Virus record (IMG/VR): IMGVR_UViG_3300011339_000561
Span: 1 to 37,551 of that record
Source: a virus
Taxonomy: Duplodnaviria; Caudoviricetes
Direction: 5' to 3' (one strand)
DNA length: 37,551 nt
A program made the translations under genes and the position numbers. Every line of letters begins with the position of its first letter. The first letter of the stretch is position 1. Of the stretch, positions 24,730 to 34,810 are shown one piece after another. Below the pieces are notes generated by a model. That model saw only the letters and a program-made list of their open reading frames with translations, was not told the origin of the DNA and made no database searches.

Positions 24730-26122
24730 ACTATTGCACGGCTACCAGCAAAAGGCAGTCAACTTCCAATGTACCCGCCCCAACTCGATGTTGTGGCTGG
24801 ACATGGGACTAGGTAAGACCGTGATCACGCTGACCAGCCTAGCTCACTTAATCAAAACCCAGTTCCTGCGGGGTGTGATCATCGTGGCCCCGATTAGGGT
24901 TATCCGGCTGGTCTGGCGGCAAGAGGCTGTGAAGTGGGAGCACACCAAGCACCTGCGGTTCAGCATGGTCACGGGCACACGGGATCAGCGCACCCGCGCC
25001 CTGCTGCGCCCAGCTGACGTGTACCTGATTAACTATGAGAACCTGGGCTGGCTGGCCGAAACGATCCAGACTTACTTTGTTAAAAAGGACAAGCCGCTGC
25101 CGTTCAACGGGATCATCTGGGACGAGATTAGCAAGATGAAGAACAGCTCAACCAACAGGGTCAAGGCGTTTCGTAAGATTGCTGAGAAGTTTGATTGGAC
25201 AACGGGCCTGACCGGCACGCCGGCCTCCAACGGCTACAAGGATCTGCATGGTCAATTTCTTGTGGTTGACAAGGGTGAGCGGCTGGGTACATCCAAGACA
25301 GCTTTCCGCACCCGCTTTTACCGCAAAGTCGGGCCGTACAAAGAAGTGCCGTATGAGGATACCGAGGACACCATCAAAAAGCTGATCGGCGACATCACGC
25401 TTGAGATGAGCGCCGAGGACTACAACCCGCTGCCAGACCTCATGGTCAACAACGTCGAGATCGAGATGCCTGACGATCTACGGGCCAAGTACGAGAAGAT
25501 GGAAAAAGAGTTCTTCCTGACCCTTGACAGCGGCACAACTGTAGAAGCGTTCAACCAGGCATCGCTGACCAACAAGTGCCTCCAGTTCTCCAATGGAGCC
25601 ATGTACCCGATTGCTGGGATGCCCTTGTGGGAGCCAGTGCATGACCTTAAGCTCGATGCGCTGGAAGAGATCATTGACGAAGCCCAAGGCTCACCGATCC
25701 TGTGTTCCTACGCCTACCGCTCGGACGCTGCACGGATCATGGAGAAGTTTAAACACCTTGACCCGATCAACCTGACTGAGTGTAAGTCCGAGGCATCTTT
25801 GACCAACGCTATGCACCGCTGGAAGACGGGTGACTGCGCCCTGATGATTGGCCACCCAGCATCGATGGGTCACGGTATTGACGGCCTCCAGAAGAACGGC
25901 CACATCCTCGTGTGGTACGGCCTTAACTGGTCACTGGATCTGTACGAGCAGTTCAACGCCCGTGTGCGCCGTCAGGGCCAGGGTGTGCCTGTAATCTGCC
26001 ACCGCATCATGTGCCAAGACACGTTAGATCAGGCGCAGGCTTTGGCGCTAGACGATAAAGCTACCACGCAGGCAGGATTAAGAAACGCAATTAAAGAGTA
26101 CCGCCAGTCCAAAGGCCATTAA
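24716..26122 (+). CDS. SNF2-family (SF2) helicase
   Basis: DMGLGKT, WDEIS, LTGTP, GHGIDGLQ and QFNARVRRQGQ. Confidence 0.92.
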   Translation: MLTPELLHGYQQKAVNFQCTRPNSMLWLDMGLGKTVITLTSLAHLIKTQFLRGVIIVAPIRVIRLVWRQEAVKWEHTKHLRFSMVTGTRDQRTRALLRPADVYLINYENLGWLAETIQTYFVKKDKPLPFNGIIWDEISKMKNSSTNRVKAFRKIAEKFDWTTGLTGTPASNGYKDLHGQFLVVDKGERLGTSKTAFRTRFYRKVGPYKEVPYEDTEDTIKKLIGDITLEMSAEDYNPLPDLMVNNVEIEMPDDLRAKYEKMEKEFFLTLDSGTTVEAFNQASLTNKCLQFSNGAMYPIAGMPLWEPVHDLKLDALEEIIDEAQGSPILCSYAYRSDAARIMEKFKHLDPINLTECKSEASLTNAMHRWKTGDCALMIGHPASMGHGIDGLQKNGHILVWYGLNWSLDLYEQFNARVRRQGQGVPVICHRIMCQDTLDQAQALALDDKATTQAGLRNAIKEYRQSKGH

Positions 26123-26163
26123 ATTGTGATACACTGTGTAACACTTTAACAAGGAGTAATGTA

Positions 26164-26370
26164 ATGTTCAGAGAAACCGTAAACTATTTCAAGTCTGTGT
26201 TTGACGTGCCAACGGCTGAGATGCTGGCGCTCAAAGAACTCGAAGAGTGCAAGCGCAAGCTGCTGGAAGCCCAGACTGCCAAAGAGTACGCAGAGTCCAT
26301 GTGCAAGTACCGTGAGGCGCAGATTAAACGCCTGACAACATACTTACACAATTCAACAGAGGAGAAGTGA
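26164..26370 (+). CDS. Hypothetical coiled-coil protein
   Basis: AAGGAG RBS, 68 aa. Confidence 0.7.
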   Translation: MFRETVNYFKSVFDVPTAEMLALKELEECKRKLLEAQTAKEYAESMCKYREAQIKRLTTYLHNSTEEK

Positions 26371-26555
26371 TGCCTCGTCCTAAGCCACCAGAACCACTCA
26401 AGGGCCGTCAAATCCGATTGACCGATCGTCACATGGCGATCTTCAAAGACTTAGGCGGCATCGACTGGCTAAGAAAAGAGCTGGACAAAAATGCCAGACT
26501 CCCTGCTAAATACTACAAGGTCAAGCAAACGCCCGAGTCCCCGCCTTGTCAATAA
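26367..26555 (+). CDS. Small basic DNA-binding-like protein (RHH-like)
   Basis: PRPKPPEPLKGRQIRLTD...LGGIDWLR. GAGGAG RBS. Confidence 0.6.
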   Translation: MMPRPKPPEPLKGRQIRLTDRHMAIFKDLGGIDWLRKELDKNARLPAKYYKVKQTPESPPCQ

Positions 26556-26943
26556 TCAAGGCTTGTTTGCGTGGTTTGGCCTCTGGCGTGTTGGGTATGC
26601 TCACATGCGTCCAGCGGTCAAACTCGCGGATCACTTGGTCATACCCGAGATCACTGGCGATGATTGCCCTGACTACTTGGTCGGGCGTCATAGAGGGAAC
26701 ACGAATGTCAGCAGCACAGCCGATGCGATGCTGAGACCGGTCAGAACTGCCCACTGCATCATTGACAGCCTTTGATCTGAAAGCTGAATTGACCATGATG
26801 GGTTTGCCACCCAGTACGGTTTTGACTTGTTCGAGAAATAACGCGAGGCGTTTGAGGTTGGCCAATTCTTGTTCATTGGGCGTGTTGTCAAACACACGGT
26901 GATCCGTGTGCGTTAATTCAGCAAGCGTGAAGTGAGGCGTCAT
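26521..26943 (-). CDS. Endolysin, peptidase M15A family
   Basis: HFTLAEL, SAFRS..VNDAVG..SQHRIGCAAD (HxxxxxxD) and WTHVS. Confidence 0.9.
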   Translation of the reverse strand: MTPHFTLAELTHTDHRVFDNTPNEQELANLKRLALFLEQVKTVLGGKPIMVNSAFRSKAVNDAVGSSDRSQHRIGCAADIRVPSMTPDQVVRAIIASDLGYDQVIREFDRWTHVSIPNTPEAKPRKQALIIDKAGTRAFA

Positions 26944-27107
26944 TTATCGGGTGCAGCGACACCGATTGCACCGGCGATCCCCAGACCGATTGTGATGATT
27001 GCGTTGGCCATCTCGGGCGCTACGGGCACGCCGATAGCGGTCAAGATGAGAAACAGGCCACGCCAGCTAGATGGCTCTTTAGCGCGTGCAAGAATGTACT
27101 CTTTCAT
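26940..27107 (-). CDS. Holin-like 2-TM protein (55 aa, not in ORF track)
   Basis: MKEYILARAKEPSSWRGLFLILTAIGVPVAPEMANAIITIGLGIAGAIGVAAPDK, with ATGA overlaps on both sides. Confidence 0.7.
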   Translation of the reverse strand: MKEYILARAKEPSSWRGLFLILTAIGVPVAPEMANAIITIGLGIAGAIGVAAPDK

Positions 27108-27325
27108 TTGTCTACCTTTCCATCAAGTTTGTCAAAAATTTTGCCAAGCATGTCCTTGATGTCGCGCATGTCGTTGCGGTAGTCTTCACGACCAACGTAC
27201 ATGTGCGGCATGGCCCGAACATCAGTATCAAGGCGCTCAATTGAACGATAGATGTTGTTTAAAATCCAGCCGCCCAAAGCGCCAGCCAAACTAACAGCGA
27301 TGTTGAATAAAACTTGGGTGTCCAT
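27104..27325 (-). CDS. Single-TM lysis-cassette protein (holin/antiholin candidate)
   Basis: N-terminal TM (LFNIAVSLAGALGGWIL) plus a charged coiled coil. Confidence 0.6.
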   Translation of the reverse strand: MDTQVLFNIAVSLAGALGGWILNNIYRSIERLDTDVRAMPHMYVGREDYRNDMRDIKDMLGKIFDKLDGKVDK

Positions 27326-29259
27326 TATTGTGATAATGCGTTTTGGTTTTCAGATTGCGGAGCCAGCATGTTAACTGCCGCAGGGGTGCGAAGAACTTGT
27401 GATGCAGCTTTGCCAGTTTTCTTAAAAGGATCTGCCATTTTCTCGCCTTTGGCTTGACGGGCCAGCGCTTTCTCAAGCGCCGCAGCCGCAGCCGCAGGGT
27501 CGAGCATTTCAGCAGCCAACTCGATTGCCAACTTCTGATCCAGCTTACCTTGCAGGCGGCGCAGGATGTCGTTGGCCACGGTGGTGACGTTGTTGATGAA
27601 GTTGGGAGCACGCACGTTACCCAGTGTCTCAGTGCCCATCAAGTTCACGTTGGGGCCAGCACCACGGGCGGCAGATGCTTGAGACTCGGCCAGCTTGGCA
27701 CGGGCCAGATCGTCACGCACAGACTCAAGCACTTTGATCTGCTCAGGGGTCATGACCTGGCTCAACTCGTCAAAGCGAGATTGACCAGTGGCACGCTTGA
27801 TTGTGCCGGGAGCCTGATCAAGAGCGCCGGCATAGCCAGCGGCACGCAAACGGGCTGTCTCTTCACCAAGCGCAGGTGTCAGCTTACCTTCGAGAAATTG
27901 ACCCACTTGCATTTGGTTAATTGGTTTGCTTTGAGCGGCAAAGGTTTCCCGTGCTGTTTTGTAAGCAGGGGCTTTGTCTTCAACCCAGCTCAAGAACTTA
28001 CCACGGGTTGCGTTGATCGCGCCAACTTCGTTTGCGCCAATACCAAAGCGCTCAGGGTTTTTGGTCAAGTCATCAAACGCCATCTTCATCATGTGAAGAC
28101 TGCTACCGGGGTACTTGGCCACTTCTCCAGGGATTGTGGTCACGCCCATAGGTTTGCCTTCAGCGTCCAGAATGCTTGACGCGATTGTCTGAGCTGGACG
28201 GTTCTGACCAATCTGGAAAGGAACGCCTTTTTCAGCGGCCAACTCGCTGGCACGCGCAATCACTTTGTCCATCGATGGGCGATCTAGCAAACCAGTAAAT
28301 GTCTTGTCGGCGGCCACCATGGCTTCGTCAGAGATACCGTACAACTCTCGAGCTGTAGCACTGCGGGCAGCTTCAGCAGCTTTAAGGTCAGCGGGTGTTT
28401 TACCCACTTGCTGCACTGCGGCCAACTGAGCTGCTTTTTGCGCTTGCTCACGCTCAAAAAACGGTGTTGGCGTAGTGCGGGCCGCAGACTCACCCATCGC
28501 AGAGAATCGAGTGGCTCCCACGGGAGCGGCGGCTTGCGCAGCGGTAGGCAAGCTACCTGGTACGATTTCAGTCTGATTGCGAAGAGCGTTGACGATCTCT
28601 GGGCCGCGACCCTCAACAGCAGTCAGATATGCTGTGGATTTGGGGTCAAGAGCGTTGTAAACAGCGCCAGCAGCTTTACCTGCCAACTTAAACGGGGCTT
28701 CGATTACCGGCGCGATTGGGCGCATCGGGTTGATCATATTCCCGGCTTTTGACATTGCCGCACCGGTTTGAGTAGCACCTAGCTTGCCGGCTGCCGCGCC
28801 ACCGCCTGTCAACAATGTGGACAAGTCAGCGGCAGTACCCACGGGGTCTTCGGCAAACGTGCGCTTGATTGCGTCGTAGCTACCGTATCGATCTTTGTAC
28901 ATGCCGCCAACAGCAGATGCCACTTCGCTTGCACGCTGGGCAGCCGCAGGATCGGAATCAAACTTGTCGATAAAACCAGACACGCTTTTGGGTAACGAAT
29001 TGCGCAAAGCACCTGCGCCCAAGTCGAGAAGGCCAGTCAGGGTTTGCAAAGGGCTTGTGACAGCCTGCACCACACCACCAACAAACTGACCAGCGCTGGT
29101 GGGTAAGTTTTTACCAGCTTCCAGCGGTACTTCGGACAATGAGTAACTACGACGAGGGGCAGGAATTCCGCTAGTTGATTCAGCAGCCGCAAACTGCGCA
29201 AACGGATTTGCCGCAGCCTCTTGCTTAGGTGCGTATTGAGCAAACGGATTGTCAGCCAT
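27325..29259 (-). CDS. Large DNA ejection (internal virion) protein
   Basis: 644 aa, Ala-rich helical, NPFAQ repeats at the N-terminus. Occupies the P22 gp16 position. Confidence 0.7.
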   Translation of the reverse strand: MADNPFAQYAPKQEAAANPFAQFAAAESTSGIPAPRRSYSLSEVPLEAGKNLPTSAGQFVGGVVQAVTSPLQTLTGLLDLGAGALRNSLPKSVSGFIDKFDSDPAAAQRASEVASAVGGMYKDRYGSYDAIKRTFAEDPVGTAADLSTLLTGGGAAAGKLGATQTGAAMSKAGNMINPMRPIAPVIEAPFKLAGKAAGAVYNALDPKSTAYLTAVEGRGPEIVNALRNQTEIVPGSLPTAAQAAAPVGATRFSAMGESAARTTPTPFFEREQAQKAAQLAAVQQVGKTPADLKAAEAARSATARELYGISDEAMVAADKTFTGLLDRPSMDKVIARASELAAEKGVPFQIGQNRPAQTIASSILDAEGKPMGVTTIPGEVAKYPGSSLHMMKMAFDDLTKNPERFGIGANEVGAINATRGKFLSWVEDKAPAYKTARETFAAQSKPINQMQVGQFLEGKLTPALGEETARLRAAGYAGALDQAPGTIKRATGQSRFDELSQVMTPEQIKVLESVRDDLARAKLAESQASAARGAGPNVNLMGTETLGNVRAPNFINNVTTVANDILRRLQGKLDQKLAIELAAEMLDPAAAAAALEKALARQAKGEKMADPFKKTGKAASQVLRTPAAVNMLAPQSENQNALSQ

Positions 29260-30693
29260 TTATTTTCCCCCGCCAAGAATTCGATTTGCCGATCCTGCAC
29301 CAAAAATTGCATCAAACTGCTCAGGACTACCTTGTCCTGCTTTTAAAGCACTGATCGCGCCGGCGGGAATGTTCATCACAGATGCGGTTTTGCGCGGTGG
29401 AACAACAACAGGTTCAGTGCCAATACCTGTACCCTCAAGGGCAGATTTAGGAATTTGCTTAACTCGGGTGTTCCAAGTTTCCGCACTCTTCTCGGCAGCC
29501 TTGCGAGACAAGCTGGCCAATCGAGCCAATGAGCCTGCGTCATAAGTAATTTGACCAGCTTTAGCTTTTTCCAAGAAATCGCGGTCAGCATTCGTAAAGC
29601 CTTGACCTGCGCCAAGGTTTGACGATTTGATCGCACCCATTGTGGTTTCAGCCAAAGATGAAATCAAAACTTCGGTATTGCGAATCTTTTCAACATCGTT
29701 GCCACCAGCCAGGTTAAGAGCCTTAGCGATTTGCAAACGGGCATTTGCACCTGTGCCGGTAATGACATTACCTGTTGCAAGCAAATCGGTGATGCGGTCT
29801 GCGTTTGCGGCGGCGGTTGGTGCATTCTCAGCAGCGCTCAATTTAGCGGCATCAGCATCAGCAATCAAACCACCAAAACGCTCGCCATACTTTTTCTCAG
29901 TGCTGACATTAACAGGTACGTTAACTGTAGTGCGAGGTGCGTGCAAAGTTTTAAAGTCAGCAAATGAGCCTTGATAGCCGTTCTTTCTGGCGTACTCAAA
30001 TTCTTGAACTGCTGTAGGCGGTAATTTATCCTTGACACGCTGTTCGAGTGATTTGGCAAGGTCGTGCTCACCAATCGCATGAAGCTGGTCAATCTTGCGG
30101 TAAGTATTTTCAATGTCGCTCATTACTGGCGTGCCAGTGGCAGCAGGAGCCAAAGCATTACGGGGCATAACTGGCGTATATGCACCAGATGGTTTAGCGG
30201 CCAATGCGTTAACTGGGGCGCTAGGCTCCATGCCATACATACCAGTACCCAATGCGTTTTGAGCAACTTCGGGCGCTGGTTGGCGCATCATAGATGGTGC
30301 AGGTGCGGCGGCTGGGGCCGCGCTAGGCATTCCAGTAGGAGCGCCGCCGCCAAGAATAGCGGATACGCGGTCTTGACGATCAAGGGCTTGCATACCCTTG
30401 ATACCAATGTCCATGAAATGTGGAATGCCAGATTGCACCATTTCTTGGAAGTTGGAACGCATATCAGGCGATTTACCATTGGCAACAAACTGCGCTTGCA
30501 TTTTAGCCAACGCTTCACGTTCGCGTTTGGCCTGCTCGAGTTGCATCTGTGCAGACTCTTGTTGCATCGCGCCAGTTTTTAATTGTTGTTGCGCCATTTG
30601 ATTGCGCAACGCTTCGTCTTGACCACGCTGTACGCTGCCTGCAATTTCAGCAGGCGCATTTTGATTCAAGATACCAAAGTTAAGCGACGCCAT
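29260..30693 (-). CDS. DNA ejection protein
   Basis: 477 aa, Ala/Gln-rich. P22 gp20 position. Confidence 0.65.
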   Translation of the reverse strand: MASLNFGILNQNAPAEIAGSVQRGQDEALRNQMAQQQLKTGAMQQESAQMQLEQAKREREALAKMQAQFVANGKSPDMRSNFQEMVQSGIPHFMDIGIKGMQALDRQDRVSAILGGGAPTGMPSAAPAAAPAPSMMRQPAPEVAQNALGTGMYGMEPSAPVNALAAKPSGAYTPVMPRNALAPAATGTPVMSDIENTYRKIDQLHAIGEHDLAKSLEQRVKDKLPPTAVQEFEYARKNGYQGSFADFKTLHAPRTTVNVPVNVSTEKKYGERFGGLIADADAAKLSAAENAPTAAANADRITDLLATGNVITGTGANARLQIAKALNLAGGNDVEKIRNTEVLISSLAETTMGAIKSSNLGAGQGFTNADRDFLEKAKAGQITYDAGSLARLASLSRKAAEKSAETWNTRVKQIPKSALEGTGIGTEPVVVPPRKTASVMNIPAGAISALKAGQGSPEQFDAIFGAGSANRILGGGK

Positions 30694-30695
30694 AA

Positions 30696-31430
30696 TTAAC
30701 GACCTCCGTACATTTGTGCTTCAAGTTCAGCATTTGAAGGACTGCCATCGCCATATAAACTCTTAAAGCTAACTGGGCTTCTACCGTAAGCAGTGCCAAT
30801 ACCCGTCAAAGCGCTGTTCCAAGCATTAGCACCAGCCATAGCGGCATTGCCTGCGTTAGCGCCTTGATTCATCAAAGCATTGCCAACATTAGATGCATAG
30901 TTCTGACCAGCTTGATTAACCAAATTAGTCGATGTTTGGCCAATACCAGCCAACGCCGCTTGACGGTTGTACAATTGGTTTTCACGCGCCACATCTGTGC
31001 CGTAGCCAGTAAAAGCGCGGTTAAAGGCGTTTTGATATTCTTGCGACGCCATGTCTTGACCATATCGACCAGCCGCTTTTAAGGCCGCGCCGGAAATTAG
31101 ACCACCACGAGCGGCGGCGCTACGATCAAGCGCTTTTTGACCTTCGGATAAACGGAAAGCATAACCCGGATCTTGTTGAAAATTTTCCATGCCGAATTTA
31201 AATGCGCCAGGTACATTGCCTGCTGTGCGTTGCATTTCAGCCAAAGCATTAACACCCGCTTGTCTCCAAGGCGCTTGATCTTCGCGTGTTTGTTGAAACA
31301 TTTCACGCTGGAGTTCCGTAGCCTGATCAGTAGCGGCGGCGGTTGTAGCGGCAGCTGATTTAGCAGCGCTTGCTTGCTTGTTAGCCCCAAATAGGCTGAC
31401 TGCGGCGGGGATAATAAACGACCATGGCAT
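30696..31430 (-). CDS. DNA transfer protein (P22 gp7-like)
   Basis: DPGYAFRLSEGQKALDRSAAARGGL.SGAALKA..RYGQD.AS.EY motif. Confidence 0.8.
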   Translation of the reverse strand: MPWSFIIPAAVSLFGANKQASAAKSAAATTAAATDQATELQREMFQQTREDQAPWRQAGVNALAEMQRTAGNVPGAFKFGMENFQQDPGYAFRLSEGQKALDRSAAARGGLISGAALKAAGRYGQDMASQEYQNAFNRAFTGYGTDVARENQLYNRQAALAGIGQTSTNLVNQAGQNYASNVGNALMNQGANAGNAAMAGANAWNSALTGIGTAYGRSPVSFKSLYGDGSPSNAELEAQMYGGR

Positions 31431-31433
31431 AAT

Positions 31434-31772
31434 TTACTCCTGAAGGCACTGGGCCAATTCACGGGCTTGCGTGTCATCGCCAGCCACTATCAATACTTCA
31501 TCAATTTCATCTGTATCGGTGCAATCGGTGGCGTGAATACAATACCACACAACATCAGTAAGCGATTTTACGCCATGATGTTTATTTGCTTCAATCGTTA
31601 AGCACGCTGGCGCATGAATAATTTTGCGCTCATCGTCTACCATTAACTCAATTGAACCACTAGCGAGGATCGACAAATGGTCGAACTTGTGTTTGTGTTG
31701 CACAAGAATATGCCCAGCAGGAATACGTGTTTCCTTGGCATATACCCCCGCGCTAAAGTGGTGTTCAATCAT
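31434..31772 (-). CDS. Cupin-domain protein
   Basis: HHFSAGVYAKE..IPAG....HKHKFDHLSILASG...HHGV, WYCIH. Confidence 0.8.
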   Translation of the reverse strand: MIEHHFSAGVYAKETRIPAGHILVQHKHKFDHLSILASGSIELMVDDERKIIHAPACLTIEANKHHGVKSLTDVVWYCIHATDCTDTDEIDEVLIVAGDDTQARELAQCLQE

Positions 31773-32107
31773 CAGGTCACCTCACGTCCAGAAACGCGAA
31801 TGTTAATTGCGGTAGCTGTGCCTGCAATTGTACTGATAAAGTCGCCAGAGCCAAGCACTTGGCCGACCAATTCTGGGAACGTGTAGACCTCGGACGCTTG
31901 CAAGGTCTTGGTCTTGGTGATCAAGTTGGTGTTGCCAGCAGAGCCAGAAACTGTAACCAAATTGACGCTGATTGTGGCGGCAGAACCGCTGATATTTGTA
32001 GCGGTAAATTTGTCGATGATCGCGGTAACACCAGTCGCTGTGTACTGGGTTGTTTGCGCATTCTCGGCATATTTTGCCGGTACGAGGACTTTGACGGTGA
32101 CTGTCAT
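31772..32107 (-). CDS. Hypothetical virion protein
   Basis: Thr-rich beta protein with GGAG RBS. Confidence 0.65.
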   Translation of the reverse strand: MTVTVKVLVPAKYAENAQTTQYTATGVTAIIDKFTATNISGSAATISVNLVTVSGSAGNTNLITKTKTLQASEVYTFPELVGQVLGSGDFISTIAGTATAINIRVSGREVT

Positions 32108-32109
32108 GT

Positions 32110-33378
32110 TTACTCCAAAAGAAGGATGTTATTTGGCACGTATTGTGTCATTAGCCAATTAGCGCCGTCAGATACAAGTGTCGCAGAATCTCCAGAACTT
32201 GCCAAGAGAATTGATGTAGTAGCTGCGCCGCCTGCCAAAGGCACTACGTTGCTAGACGCTGACACTAGCGCCCGCGCTTGATAGTTTTGAAAGTACAAAA
32301 CGCGCCCTGAATTGGCTGACGGTGTTGGTAAAGTGACTGTGCAAGTTGAGCCTGACTTATTGTTGATCAGCCAAACTTCAGTCGCCGCAACCGTAAAGTC
32401 AGCCGTCTTTGTAACTGGCGCAGAGACAGGCTGCTTGCTGTTAAACGTAGACCAGTCAGTAGAACTTAACGCGCCGCGATTGGTGGCCGAAGCCGTAGGT
32501 ACGTTTAGCGTGATAACTGGCGTTGTGGTGCTGTTGGCAACAGTCGATGAAAGATCCGTACCAGTCGTGCCCAAGGTCAGCGCGGCCACCGAAGTAACTG
32601 TGCCCGAACCTTTGTTGTTGAATGTGTTCCAGTCGGTACTAGACAAATAACCGTTGGTAGCCGTACCCGCTTGAGTAATGCTCAGTGTGCCTGCTGAATA
32701 GGCCAGCGGTGCGCTGACTGTTGTCGCGGCAAGCGCTGTGCCATTGCCGTACAACAGGCCAGAGATGCTCGTTGACATCGTAATGGCTGGCGTTGTTGTG
32801 GCAGTAGCCACAGTACCGGCAAAACCATTGGCAGACACGACCGATACGCTACTTACCGTTCCATAAGAGAGCGCAGGAATGTCAGCGGCCACCAAAGCCC
32901 TAAATGTAGGTACAGCAGCCGCGCCCGATGTTGGGCCAGCCAACACGTAGTTAGCAGTTTTAACAGCGTATGGGTTTTGAGTGTCGCCATAAGCCGCCGC
33001 AAGACTAATGTCAGGTGCAGTGCCCCCAGACGATACCACCGGCGCTGTGGCGGTCACAGTGGTGACTGTACCTAGCGTTGGTGGGGGTAAAAGATTAAGC
33101 GCCTCAAGTTGTTTTTGAATTTCAGCAATCTGAGACTCTACGGCAGACGTTGAGGGCTGCGTCTGCAATTCTTGATTAACAGCAAGTAACGCCGCATCGT
33201 AAGACGAAAGTAAGGTTTCAAAACTTGGGCCAACAACATCATCGACCACTGCATTTGCTACATTTTGTAACGACAAGAAAAACAAATACCAAGCGCGGTC
33301 AATCAGACCCGTGCGAGGGTCAATCAACGGCACTCGGGGTGGCGTAATTGGCGTTGGCGTAGCGTTAGGGCTAGGCAT
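32110..33378 (-). CDS. Tail needle/fibre-like protein
   Basis: Follows the gp10-like gene. IDPRTGLIDRAWYLFF N-terminus, coiled coil, repeated GTV(T/S)(T/S)V and LSSTDW.TFN.K fibre repeats. Confidence 0.7.
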   Translation of the reverse strand: MPSPNATPTPITPPRVPLIDPRTGLIDRAWYLFFLSLQNVANAVVDDVVGPSFETLLSSYDAALLAVNQELQTQPSTSAVESQIAEIQKQLEALNLLPPPTLGTVTTVTATAPVVSSGGTAPDISLAAAYGDTQNPYAVKTANYVLAGPTSGAAAVPTFRALVAADIPALSYGTVSSVSVVSANGFAGTVATATTTPAITMSTSISGLLYGNGTALAATTVSAPLAYSAGTLSITQAGTATNGYLSSTDWNTFNNKGSGTVTSVAALTLGTTGTDLSSTVANSTTTPVITLNVPTASATNRGALSSTDWSTFNSKQPVSAPVTKTADFTVAATEVWLINNKSGSTCTVTLPTPSANSGRVLYFQNYQARALVSASSNVVPLAGGAATTSILLASSGDSATLVSDGANWLMTQYVPNNILLLE

Positions 33379-34810
33379 TTGTCGGATCCAGAATTAGTTC
33401 TGCACCCATGATGGCAATCTTTACTGGGTCAGTGCCCGATATTTCGTAGACGCGATCACGCAATTTTATAGTCATGCCCAAACGCCGCCAGATTACACGT
33501 TTGTAATACTCGCCAATCTTTCCCATGGACACCCAGCGCTCATTTGACCATGTGTGGCCACCATCGTCTGACCAACGGAGCATGACTTGAGGGTCGCTAC
33601 CTTGGCCTAAATTAATGCCCACGCCAGACTCGCAATCTAGTTGCAAAGTATGCTGGGCCGTGCGCTTAAGATTATTTTGTCCAGTAGGCAACGCACGCCA
33701 TGTGCGCAGCCATTTTTGAATACCGTTGTTATCTGAGTAATCTTCTAAATCAAAAGCGTAAACATTTCCGTTGTCAAAGTCGCCGACAACAATCTCGTTG
33801 TTAAACGCCATTTGGCAATTACCGCGATGACGGGTAAACGCACCATCGACAAAGCCTGCGCGTTCATGCCAGGCTTGGGTCGCGGCGTCATAAACCCAAG
33901 TGGTGTTAGCACTAGGGAAAACCAGTACATAAAAGCTGTGGCCGTCTTGCTGATATGTGTAGCCAATAGCGTCCGACAAATCAGCGTACTGCTGAATCTG
34001 CCACTCAACGGCGTGGGTCGAAATGCGAATACCGGTGTAGCCATTGGCGCGATAGACAATACCTTGGCCACGGCGGTCGCGGCCAAGCCAAAACAAACCG
34101 TTGTCCATCTTGGCAACCGAGTAAGGGGCAGCACAGCCCAACTCGTTAAACGCGCCTTGGATGCGTTGCAGGGGGAAGTCAGTCGCGCCAGAGTCGTACC
34201 AGACTTCAATCGAGTTAGTGCCAAAAGCCCAGACTTCACGGAAGTTGGACGCAACGGCAATCAAACCATCTGGCGAACCTTCAACACTTGCAAAATCAAG
34301 TGGGTCAATTGATGTGCCGTCAAGCAATTGCGTGACCCACATTTTTTGGCTGCTTGGTTCATTGAACACAAAATAGCCGTCCAAATAACACACAGTTAAC
34401 GCGCCAGGAAAATCAGCGTCAGTGATTTCCGCAAACGCGAGCGTTTTGGTGTTGTAGATGTAACTAGGGCCATTGGCTGCGATGAACAACTGCGTGCCAT
34501 TGTCAGCCATGCTGACTGGGCCAGTATTGCCGATGTAGCCAATTTGTTCAGCAGTGTAGTTTCGGTTTAGTTTGTATAGAAAATTTCCAGATACAACAAA
34601 CGAAAAAGCGTCATTTGAAGAAAAGGCCCACAAGCCACGAATAGGGCCGTCGCCAACAGTAGCCAATCTTCTAAGACCTGGGGCGCGGTTTAAAAACGCA
34701 GGTTCTTTGCCCGCCTCGGGGACAATTTCAGGGAAAAGATTGACCATTCTGGCATCCGCAGCGTTGACACTGCGGGCGACGTAGGTCGAGCCAAGGATGG
34801 GCGTTTTCAT
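33371..34810 (-). CDS. Packaged-DNA stabilization / tail hub protein (P22 gp10-like)
   Basis: VSMADNG, YLDGYFVF, GCAAPYSV, TWVYDAATQAWHER, SDDGGHTWS and WRRLG. Confidence 0.9.
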   Translation of the reverse strand: MKTPILGSTYVARSVNAADARMVNLFPEIVPEAGKEPAFLNRAPGLRRLATVGDGPIRGLWAFSSNDAFSFVVSGNFLYKLNRNYTAEQIGYIGNTGPVSMADNGTQLFIAANGPSYIYNTKTLAFAEITDADFPGALTVCYLDGYFVFNEPSSQKMWVTQLLDGTSIDPLDFASVEGSPDGLIAVASNFREVWAFGTNSIEVWYDSGATDFPLQRIQGAFNELGCAAPYSVAKMDNGLFWLGRDRRGQGIVYRANGYTGIRISTHAVEWQIQQYADLSDAIGYTYQQDGHSFYVLVFPSANTTWVYDAATQAWHERAGFVDGAFTRHRGNCQMAFNNEIVVGDFDNGNVYAFDLEDYSDNNGIQKWLRTWRALPTGQNNLKRTAQHTLQLDCESGVGINLGQGSDPQVMLRWSDDGGHTWSNERWVSMGKIGEYYKRVIWRRLGMTIKLRDRVYEISGTDPVKIAIMGAELILDPTNA

